This document shows, piece by piece, positions 23,776-34,495 of a stretch of DNA of 63,761 nucleotides. The notes under the pieces are model-generated. The model ran no database searches, was not told the DNA's origin, and saw only the letters and a list, made by a program, of their open reading frames with translations. The translations under genes and the position numbers were made by a program. This stretch comes from Gnetum montanum (lineage: Eukaryota > Plantae > Gnetophyta): positions 4,766 to 68,526 of the forward strand of contig MNCI01002786.1 in NCBI GenBank assembly GCA_015680685.1, given 5' to 3'. How positions within the stretch are numbered: the first letter of the stretch is position 1; every line of letters begins with the position of its first letter.

Positions 23776-25380
23776 AATGAGATCACTTCATCCATCCATC
23801 CACCAATTTCTATGGTTTCTCTCAGCTTGGAAATGTACAGTTCCTTTATAATAAGAACTTAAACGAATCGGTGATTGGGCATTTCTCAAACTAAGGAAGG
23901 ACTCAAGGATTCCAAAGGGTGTGACTTCAAGGGAACTTGATGCTTTTTTGTTGGTCATTCTCCTGGGTGCTTGGATGTTTTCTTCTTGATTTTTCTTACC
24001 ATTCCGATGTTACCCAACTATCAGAAGCTGAGAAAATAAAAATAAAAAGTCTTTACATGGTGTGGTTCTCACGCATACAGACACAAAACAAAACAAAAAA
24101 AAAAACAAAGTGAGAATTCAAAGCACACCCCTTAGATGAATAAACTTTGGCTACAAGCACTAGTTATGGAACCAAAAGTGTTCCCTCTAACTAAGGCCCT
24201 TCTCGCTTCTCATTCTCTCCTTTGTTTCTTCGGAATGGTAGTGACTCTTGGAGGATGCATTCTTGTTATCTAAGTGGATGGTTTAACTGAATGCATTGAT
24301 GTGAAGTCACTGGATGTGGTTGGTTTGGGGCCGGACTTGGAATGAGAATTGCTAAGTCACATTAATCATAAACTATACAAGGGGCAGTACACCACCTTGT
24401 TCTTGGGATTCCATTCCATTCTCTTCTCTCCATCCTTCTCTCCATTGTTCACCTCATTACCAGTTGTATCATTAGTGTATATATTTTAGTTGATGCATTG
24501 TTTTCTTTTTGGTAAATTCTTGCAGTTAAGACTTTAACTCTTGTTCCAAATGACATTCCTGGAGCCTACGGACTCTTTGAATGTGGGTTTGTCAGGGCAT
24601 TAAGGGCATGAGCCTACTTTGGGGAGGATCCACTGACATTCCTATTTGGAGCATTAGTTAAATTCTTTTTCTTAACATTTTGCAATTAATTTTATTTTTT
24701 TCATTACCATCTTGACATCCATTTCATTAATGTTTTCAATTGTCCCTTTTTATCTATCTTTCTTACTCCTTTTCTTTCTCCTTTCTAACGCTATCGGAGG
24801 TTCGCGATTAGTCATGGGGGTACAGGGCCTGAATTTTTCGATTTTCTCCTAGCCCCAAAATTTTTGATTTTCTTCCTAACCCCTACACCTTCGGTAGTCA
24901 TCATTAATATATCTCTAGATCTGTATCAGCCATACCATAACCTAGCCAATGAGTTTACACCAAAGCAAGGTATCAATTACATGATGATTCAGTTGCCCTT
25001 GCTAATTAAGATTGTGTTGTGTGTGTAGATGGTGATCATACAAACAACAAATTGGATCTAGAGCAAACACTTGGAATGGAGCAGCGTTGAAGTAGCTATG
25101 CAAGGAGCAAGATCGATGGCGTGCTTATGGATGAACAACGAAGATGCAATCTTGGTGTTGGCAGCAGCAACACTTCTTTCTCTCTCTCTTTCTTAGCTAC
25201 CAACAAAGGCCTGATTTCATTGTAATAAGGTGTTCACCCTTGTTGTCATGAACACCAATTTTGTCAAGCCTTGTAATGATGATCCGTTCACATGTCATAC
25301 CATTAGTTCCATTCCCCTCAATAATTTCATAGCTTCCCGATATTATTGTAAGGAACTCGAGGATGAGATTTCATTTAGTC

Positions 25381-25389
25381 ATGGGGGTA
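25381..25389 (+). promoter_or_regulatory. Polypurine tract of C
   Basis: ATGGGGGTA abuts the 3' LTR; the same sequence is at 37521 in A. Confidence 0.85.
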
Positions 25390-26320
25390 TGATGAGACGC
25401 AATATTGCATGCATCGCGATATCGCGTATGTGATATCGCAGTCCTCCACCAAATCTATAAATAAGAGGTGGCACTGCCCTTATTTTCCATCCTAGGCTTA
25501 AAGTAGGGAAACTCTAGTAGTTTGATCACTCCATAGATAGAATATTTTCCATGTGCCCGCAGTAGGAGTCCCCAAGTGAACAGATCTTTATTCGAGCAGC
25601 TTTGTACTTGAACGCAAGTTGTGTACGGCAATAAAGATGAGCTTTGTGGATAAACCTTGCAATGCATGGAATAGGATTTATTACTTGTTATTTATTACAT
25701 GTTATTTATTACCTGCATTATTGCGGCATGAGTACGACTTGATTACGAGCATTGACGAATGTGTACGGCTAATCAAGGAATCGGCTACTCATCGCAATTA
25801 GTCTCTCTCACCCCCAACTCCTAGAATGCGAGATGAGTACGACTTGATTAGGAGCATCTATAGATGTGTACGGCTAGTCAACGAATTGGCCGCTCATCAC
25901 GTTTAGGCTAGTTAAGTGCCTCAGTACGACCACTTCAAGCACATGCGTTACGTGTGGTGATCCCAGTAACGATTAGCGTTTGGTAGCCATAGTTGCATAG
26001 TTTAGGGTGTGTACGGTAAGTGGGAATGGATGTTGTTGCTAGTTAATTTAGACTTAGACCTTAGTTAGAGTTAGTTAGTTTCTCAACCCTTCGCTCTTAG
26101 CATAGAAGACATAAAACCATAAAAGACCATAAAAATCATATGCCTTGGACTTATTTAACCATACACCGTGACAACTACAAGTAAGTCTGGGAAGACAATG
26201 AATGATTAACCCCAAGTGTTCCATGGGATGTTTAGGCATTTAGTTTGCAGAGTTTGACCAGATCGCACGTGCTACACTCATTTCGTATGGTTGAGTGTAG
26301 GGGTACCTTGCCACTCATCA
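25390..26320 (+). repeat. 3' LTR of C
   Basis: Direct repeat of 18907-19847, followed by TSD CTATC. Confidence 0.95.
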
Positions 26321-26325
26321 CTATC

Positions 26326-28415
26326 AAAGGGCACATGAACCACAAATGGCTCTCGTGCCAATCCTATATCATCATCAATGTTGATGGCATTGATGCAATA
26401 GCCTATGCCACTTGTGTTGATAGAATCTTTGTAGACCTTCATTGATTGATTTTTTGGTTGAACTAGGTTGGTTAAATCAAGAACTACTTGGCCTTGGTCG
26501 ATCATGAATTGTATGTCATCTCGTAAGGCCATGTAGAAATTTGTGTCATGGCTAGGAAATTGATAATAATGGTAGAACTAGTCTAACTTGAAGTGTTTTG
26601 GGATTGGAGGCTCATCTAGTGCAGTTACTGATGGGTTTTTGAGGAGCTCACAGTAGTGATCATGATGCTTGCAAGCATCTTTAGACATTTACTTGTACTA
26701 GATGTGCCCAACACTAAGTAGCTGATCTAACACTAAGTAGCTGATCTAACAATTCTAATGGTTTTTGAGCAGTTCTTGCAGTCAAAATTTGGCCTTGGGA
26801 AAGCTTTCCCCATGGTTGTCGATGATGTAGGTAGGTTGGTTGATGCAGTGCTAGAGCCGGTTGCCTTGTTGTTGGTCAGGGACCTGGTTGTCTTAGTCAT
26901 TGGTTTGGCATTTCTCAGCTTGGCCTCATTGGCCATCATTACAACAGTTGTTATTTTCTTGCCCTTCTTCTTGTCTTTCTTCATGTGTGCATTCTTGTAG
27001 GCCATGTAGGCCAAATCCTTGCTAGCTTCTGCCACATCATAAATGCTCTTTGTTTGAGAAAATGCTTAGCTCAAGGAGTGCAGGGCAAGATAGTACAATT
27101 TTAACTTAATGAAGTCATTTACTACACCTTTGAAAATGGCCAGTAGGTGAGTTTCAATGATAGGCTCATAGATTTTGTTGAGTGTGGTGCTCCATTGGTG
27201 GATGAACTTTTGAGCAGGCTCTAAGTGGCCCTTTTTGATTTACATAAGTTGGCCTAGGGTTGCCTTAGACTTCAAGGTGTACTTGAAGTGAGTGATAAAT
27301 TGGCTAAGAAAATCCTCCAATGAAGATATGGAGGCCCTGGGGAGCACGCGGTACTAGTCGAGCATCTTGCTAGTTAGGGACATGGTAAACACATGAATGA
27401 TTACATGTAGGCATGCTTGCAACAAAATGCATTTGGACTGGAAGGTCACTAGATGGGTGTGGGGGTCCTCTTCACTTATATTTGGTGAACTGGAAAAGTT
27501 GAATGCTAGGAGGCAAGGTTAGTGATAGGACAACAGGACTAATGGGATCATCTCGGTAGAAGTCCATCACTTGGACTATATCAAAAGATGTGGCCTTAAG
27601 CCATTTGACCTCTTCAGTGAGTTTCTAAATGAGCTAGAATGCTTGATCTAGGTTCAATGTGGGTGTAGTTGGTTGCATTGGTTGTGCAGCTTGTTGTGTT
27701 GTTGGCATGGTCCACAGCCTCGCCATAGGTTGTGCAACCACATAGGATGCCTATTATGTACTACTGTAAAGGTTGTTGTACATGCTACTATTGCATGTAT
27801 TGTGCCTAGGGTATAGAGTCAAGACATCACCACATGATTGTGGCTTGGACTATCATAGGGGGCATCATAGAGATAGGTCAAATGTACGACGCTTGATCTG
27901 TGTGTGGTTGGGATGTTGGTACCGTGTGCACGTAGGGCTAAGTTGGCATCATGGATGTCAACATAGAGGATTGCATAGACTATGTTGAGACCATAGAGGA
28001 TGGGGTAATAGATGGTCCTGCACCCTAATGTGTATGTACTTAATGGCTTACCACAATGGGTGTCAATCTAGATGGTAACAAGGAAGATGTTGTTGCCTAA
28101 AAGAAGGTAGATGGTTGAGGCTGCAAAGGAGGAACATTAGAGGTGGACGACAAGAAAGAGACATAAAAGGGATTCTCATTTTTTTGTGAGCCTCAAATTC
28201 CTCTTGCCCATCCTACAGGGGCTCCTCATAGTTTGTTGTTGCATCATGCTCATTCGATCCACTCAATCGGATGAGTTGGTTGAGCATCCACCAAAAGGTC
28301 TCAGTGAGGGGGATGAGATCATTAGGGGTAGGAAAGTACTCCCTTCTATTCCAATGTATGATCTCATAACCTTGCTTTGCCTCCAACTCTTAGCCATCTA
28401 AGGGAATGCCTACCT
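26326..28415 (-). pseudogene. gag: gag of B1, 5' part
   Basis: EDPHTHLVTFQSKC near 27450 and a Tat-type knuckle ..H..HDTNFYMALRDDIQFMIDQG near 26490-26580. Aligns with B2. Confidence 0.82.
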
Positions 28416-29386
28416 AAAAATTTGCACAAAGGGGAGTAAAGTTGAGATAATGCTATACCACAATGAGGAGGGATGCATGAAACCAACTCAATTAACAAAG
28501 TTCTAATATATCACTCGCACAAAGCCTAAGTTCTAGCTTCATATACACATTAAAGCATTAACAATAGACTCTGCTTGAAATATTATGATGGAATATTATT
28601 TAGTGTTGCAAATCTATGACTAGTAATTGGCCTCTCGACCAAAATCATGTACATATACAAATTTAAATTTCTAATAGAACATGACTTTTAAACTTTCACA
28701 TTTAGATTTTTTTATATTTTTGTTCAAAAAAGCATCCAAGCAAATCATTGTAAGATTTTCCATTGGTTCTAAAAAAATCATTAATATTTGAAACACTTAA
28801 TATTTGAACTTTTTTTTTTGAGCACCATGTGCTTAGGAAATTGGTTACGGAGCCTGAGGGATTGCCTTCCCACAAAGATGGACCCCCCATCTTCGGGGAT
28901 GTTGATTGTGAATTTTTGCTAGATAGGTCGAATAATGACTATGCCTAAGGTAGAGGTTGAAGGCTCTTTGGGATTCATGCTACTATGAAAAATGTAAAAG
29001 GTGTAATGCTGGAAAAGAAGCAGTTAAGTATAACAAGTGCTAAAGATGGCTAAGTATAGAAATACTGAAACAATAATTAAGTATGAGAGTGCTACTAGAA
29101 AATTTTTTAACTTTGATGCTACACTTTCTATGTTACAGCTTGCTATGCTCCTATGTGAAGGACAAGCTACGCTCTTCCTAGCACACAAATTTTAGGATCC
29201 AAGTGCGAGAGATACACTTTGGCTTCTGTCCTATGGGGTTCCAAGGAAATCGACAACTGCGACCAATCTACATCAATTGGATCATAGACAACCACAGGGG
29301 TGTCACATCTATGCTAGTTTGAAGCTAGTAACAGAGCTGTAGAAAGCACATAGGACTACCACTGAATGCATAAGGAAATGGCAAGG

Positions 29387-29403
29387 CCCTCCTTCTAATG
29401 CCA
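29387..29403 (-). promoter_or_regulatory. Primer-binding site of B1 (tRNA-Asn type)
   Basis: The minus strand reads TGGCATTAGAAGGAGGG, versus TGGCGCTAGAAGGAGGG (complement of the plant tRNA-Asn 3' end). It lies 6 nt from the LTR. Confidence 0.85.
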
Positions 29404-29409
29404 GAAAAC

Positions 29410-31120
29410 TATAGCAACCACAAACATTGGCAGCTAGAATGCTGAGGGGTTCACAAGCACATAGCCTTGAACCCACCATTGTGTGAGGTCCTTTTCTTTG
29501 AAATAGAAGTGGAGTGCCCTAGATGATCTTGTCAATCAAATAGGAACTTTGTTGGCTGCAACTAGGGTATCAGGTGCAACTCGGGGGTGGCTTAGTTAGC
29601 CAAAAATGTGAGCACTGATAGTGTTCTCAGTAGTATCAAGGTCAACTAAGCCTAAGCATAGTGTGGTTTCTTGGCATTAGAATGGTGGTGCAAGTGTGAA
29701 AAAAACATGTAGAATAGCGAAAAATGTGAATACAGTATTGAATGTCAAAGAAAATTCCTGAGATGTAACAAAGGAAATGCTTAAAATGCAATAGATTTTA
29801 AGAGAAAGAAAGAATGGTAGCACCCCAAATGAGGAGCATAGCAATTAAAAATGAGTCTTGTAGAGGTACATGGTGTACAAACAGGCATAGTAGTAGCATA
29901 GCCAGAGCCTCTAGGGTGCCTCAAGCTAAAGACTGATGTCCACTACAAGGTTCATGCCTACTGGGTTGGCTACCATGGTGTCTTTCAAGCTTGTGATGCA
30001 CTACGGTGCTGAGTGAAACACAAAGGTGTTGCCAAGATGTTGATACGCTCTAGTGTACAAGGTGCTCAAGGTGCCTCAAGCGGCAAATAGTGCTATGAGA
30101 TGTTAACTTCAAATGTCCATCACTAGAATGAATTGCCAACGCCTAGAGTGTGAAATGTAGGGGCATCTATAGGCTTAGGGTTGGCATGAAGTGTGGATTG
30201 AGTGCCACATGGTGAAGGGATAGGTGGGGCTACACTAACCTTTGCTACACTCCCTTTGGAACAACTAGTGTTATGCTCTAGTATGCTTCATTTGACCTAG
30301 AGAGACTACTAAACTGGCTATGCTACCAAAACTACATGTGCCAAGACCACAATGTACTTGCAAATAGTGCAAAAAAATGCAATTTGGAGGCTACACTCTG
30401 GGACTACGTTCTCCCCTCTTTCAAGTGGGATCGAGCATAGGTACAATTTTGGGACATAGAGGGGGTACAAAAAAGAGTGTAAGTTATTGATCCTACTTGC
30501 CTAAGGACCGCTGGAGCTAGAATGGAGGCTTGTGATGAGCTCTAAAAGCTTTTGAAGGCAATCCCTTATTGCTGCACTAGATACACTTTTGAGCATAGCA
30601 CAATGGCTAGGCAATTCTTGCAAAAACTGAAGTCCAATGCTGCTACACTAGAGAACGTAGTAGGATGGAATAAAGTGTAGCATGGAAAATTAGAAAAATC
30701 TAGTAAAAATTGCAGTCCTTGTTCTTGCTCTGCCAGCTACACTCGAGCATAGTAGGAAGAGTAGCTTCAAGAGTTAGAAAATATACCAAATGCCTCTTCC
30801 ATGCGAAGCTAGATTGAAAACTTTTGGCTTAGCACTAGTGTAGACTAGCCACTAAAGTGCTATTATGCTTGCTATGTTGGAGAATGTATTAAGAGGGATG
30901 TGAACATAGCAAGATTCTTAGAAAAATTTCTATAGCTGCTATTTAACACTTAGAAGATTTTGCAGATTTGGTTCTATTTTGCATGCTATGCTGGCTATGC
31001 TCTAGAGCATAGCCCCAGTAGTGGCATCATGGGCCAAACACTTAAAAAAGAATTTCCTTGTGTTGACACGTAGACAAATTTGTCATTGAAGTGCTGTTGC
31101 CTGAATTTGGTGGTGTTTTA
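29410..31120 (-). repeat. 5' LTR of B1
   Basis: Homologous to 3401-5076; termini have decayed to TATAG...TTTTA. Confidence 0.92.
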
Positions 31121-31125
31121 AGAAG

Positions 31126-32240
31126 AATATGAGTTGTGAAAAAGGGAAAGTATGGAAGAATATAATAGGGACCCTTCCATTAGGAAAAGAGAGGTTAGAT
31201 TTTGTGATGAGGAGGCATTGCCACTCAATGAAGTGGTGAATAGGAAAACCTTGCCTATCCAAATATCTATTTCTAATATTTTGGCAAAGGTTGATATTTT
31301 GCCAGGTTTCACCAACTATACATCATCCACTGCTACTAGATTTGCATTACAAAATATTATCAATAGGTTTTAGGTGCCACGTGCACTAATTTTTGACAAT
31401 GGAACTCATTTTACAAGCGTCACCTTTTAAAAATTTATGCAACGCTTGGGGGTCAAACATAACTTAACACCCTATCATCCCCAAGCCAATGATTAAGTAG
31501 AGGTAACTAATAGGTAGATCACAAGGATCCTCATAAGGACCATAAGCAAATATAGGAGAGATTGGAGCACAAAACTCAGCAATGTCCTCTAGGCCTATTT
31601 CTTAACATGGAAACTCCCTATTGGCTACTCTCTCTATGAGCTAGTGTATGGAAAACTTCCAATGTTTCTAATCCAATTTAATCACAAAGATCCTCACAAG
31701 GACCATAAGTAAATATAGGAGAGATTGGAGTACAAAACTCAACAATGTCCTCTAGGCCTATTGCTCAACATGGAAACTCCATATTGGCTGCTCTCTCTAT
31801 GAGCTGATGTATGGAAAACTTCAAATGTTCTTCATCCAATTCAAGTTCCATACACTCTCAACAACCTATGAACTAAATCTTGACCTAAGCCTAGCACAAA
31901 GAGAAAGATTGATCAACATCAACGTGCTAGATGAAAACTAATTAGTGGCCCTATCTTTGGATGAAGTACACAAGGCATTCAATAAGTAACGACATCAGCT
32001 AAGAATATGGAAAGTAAAATTTCAATAAGGAGATAAGGTTCTCTACTAGAACCCCACACATGTACCTTAGAAAACTAAATTCCAAATGTGATGGGAGGTA
32101 CCTTATATAATTGTTAAAACCTTTTCCTCTGGGGCCATGACCATATACAAACCTAAGAGACCAAATAAAAAGTAGCTAGTCAACATCCAACAAGTAAAGC
32201 TTTTCCATGAGCCTAAGCAAGCCAGTACAAAAAATACCTC
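31126..32240 (+). pseudogene. Element A: gag continuation joined to integrase core and C-terminus
   Basis: EEYNRDPS...RKTLPIQ matches C's gag. It is followed by NIINRF*VPRALIFDNGTHF...TPYHPQAN...DWSTKL...YELVYGK and a GPY-like motif near 32095. Confidence 0.88.
31518..31843 (+). repeat. 163-bp tandem duplication within A's integrase
   Basis: 31518-31680 and 31681-31843 are diverged direct copies. Confidence 0.92.
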
Positions 32241-34040
32241 AATGGATGGACAACCACATTCAATTTTTTGGATCTCCTCCTTCCAACTCAGTCATGGGTG
32301 AGATGCCCATCTATGCTAAATCATCCATATGGCTCCTCAATTTTTCTATTTTTTATTTTTCACATTTTTGATTTTACAAGTTATTTATTTTACAACTTTT
32401 TGATTTTCAAAATTTTTCATAGTTTTACATCACTTTTTGTTTTACATCATCATTAGTATGTTTGAATCTTCATTGGATATTTTACATTTTCTTATGTATT
32501 TTTTTTTGTTTTGAGTGTGATTTTCAAATTTTTGCTAATAAAAGTGCTTAATTACCAATAGGACATAGTGGTGTTGTGGTTGCTACTAATGGTGGTTTGT
32601 GCTTAATATTTGGTTTGCTAATGTATGGTTTCTATTTTTGAATTATTGTATCAATGACTTAGTCACAGTTTATTTTTCATGGAATAGGCAGTGAGTCCAT
32701 GACACCCACCTATCCACAAACTTTTTAGTTTTCCTTATTTTGGAACTGTGAGGTACCTTTCATTAAATAAACCTTTAATAAATTTGTGAATTTGGTAGTT
32801 TCTAGAATCGGAAAGGATTCAAAGGTTTGAATAGGGTGTGATTTCAAGGGGACTTAATACTCTTTGTACTCTTCTACTTACTTGGGTGTTTGAGTGTTTT
32901 TCATCGACTTCTTACTATTCCATGTTCCAGTAATAGAAGTCAAATAAAGTCTTTGCATGGTGTGGTTCCCATCCAAAAAAAACAAAAAAAAGCATGATGG
33001 GAATTCAAAGCACACCCCTTAGAAAAATAAATGGGCTACAAGTATTGGTTATGGAACTAGAAAGACATGTTACCCATGCCTAAAGGTCCACTCTAACTAA
33101 GGCCATATATCACTTCCTACTTCTCTTTATGGAATAGTGGTTGTTTTGTGGGAGCACTCTTGTATCTTGAGGAGGTGGATTAGTCTTAGAGTGGTGATGT
33201 GAAGTCACTGAAAGAGGTTGGTTTTGTTCTAGACTAAGGATGGATCTTCTTAGGTCATTTTAAACATAAACTTGACAAGGAACTTCTTGTGACCTCAATT
33301 AGGGATTCCATTACACCCTCTCCATTATCCATCTATGCTGACCATAACTCACCTCACTACCAGTGTCCATGTTCTTAATTTTGTGTCTTGGTCTAACGTA
33401 GTTAAATTCTTAGGTAGAATCTTCTGGGTTTTGGTCCTTAACTTCCATCAACCATTAGTTAACTATGGGGCCAATAGACTCCTTAGGTTGATGTTATGTA
33501 AGGGTAAACAAGGCATGTTCCTACTATGGGAAGGACCCACTTACATATCTCTTGGTTGGGTTCTTTAAGCACCTTATCCTTAGGCGTTCTTGAAACCTGA
33601 ATCTTTCATACATCCATCTTCCACATCAAACCATGTGCTCTACTACCTATTTTATTCATAAATATTTTTTCCATTAATTTTTTTAATTTTTAAGCTTTCA
33701 AATATCGTCTTCAATGATTTTATCATATTTTTGGATTTTTTGGGATTCCATAAACCCCAAGTTCATTGAAAAATTCCTTATATTTTTTGAGATATTCAAA
33801 TTTGAAAATTTTTGCCTATGGGCCCCCATTGATGAAGTAGACCCATATACAAGGCCTCGTATATGGGGCCCCATCGAGTTAAGGAAAAAAAAAATACTAT
33901 AAATAGGTATGACCCCACTTGAAAAATTTTACATTTTCTCACAAATGCCAAAGGAGTTTTTTAATTTTTCAGAGCCCAAAACCTTCCAAAGCCCATAAGA
34001 TACAAACCATTTATCCAAATCACTTTGTTCTTTAACCCTA

Positions 34041-34483
34041 NNNNNNNNNNNNNNNNNNNNNNNNNNNNNNNNNNNNNNNNNNNNNNNNNNNNNNNNNNNN
34101 NNNNNNNNNNNNNNNNNNNNNNNNNNNNNNNNNNNNNNNNNNNNNNNNNNNNNNNNNNNNNNNNNNNNNNNNNNNNNNNNNNNNNNNNNNNNNNNNNNNN
34201 NNNNNNNNNNNNNNNNNNNNNNNNNNNNNNNNNNNNNNNNNNNNNNNNNNNNNNNNNNNNNNNNNNNNNNNNNNNNNNNNNNNNNNNNNNNNNNNNNNNN
34301 NNNNNNNNNNNNNNNNNNNNNNNNNNNNNNNNNNNNNNNNNNNNNNNNNNNNNNNNNNNNNNNNNNNNNNNNNNNNNNNNNNNNNNNNNNNNNNNNNNNN
34401 NNNNNNNNNNNNNNNNNNNNNNNNNNNNNNNNNNNNNNNNNNNNNNNNNNNNNNNNNNNNNNNNNNNNNNNNNNNNNNNNNNN
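34041..34483. other. Assembly gap
   Basis: Run of N. Confidence 1.
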
Positions 34484-34495
34484 ATCAAGGAAGAA

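Larger units (their letters stand above)
18907..26320 (+). mobile_element. Element C: non-autonomous Athila-like element (gag-protease only), 7.4 kb
   Basis: LTRs 18907-19847 and 25390-26320 (TGATGAG...CTCATCA), perfect TSD CTATC, PBS and PPT present. No RT, RH or INT seen. Confidence 0.95.
3401..31120 (-). mobile_element. Element B1: Tat-clade (Ogre/Retand domain order) Ty3/gypsy element, ~20.3 kb without insert C
   Basis: Two ~1.7-kb direct LTRs and a perfect TSD AGAAG (3396-3400, 31121-31125). A's gag reads across once B1 is removed. Domain order is GAG-PR-RT-RH-aRH-INT. Confidence 0.95.

Noticed and set aside
23301-23862. ORFs spanning N runs (also 33961-34504)
   Set aside because: They are artefacts of assembly gaps.
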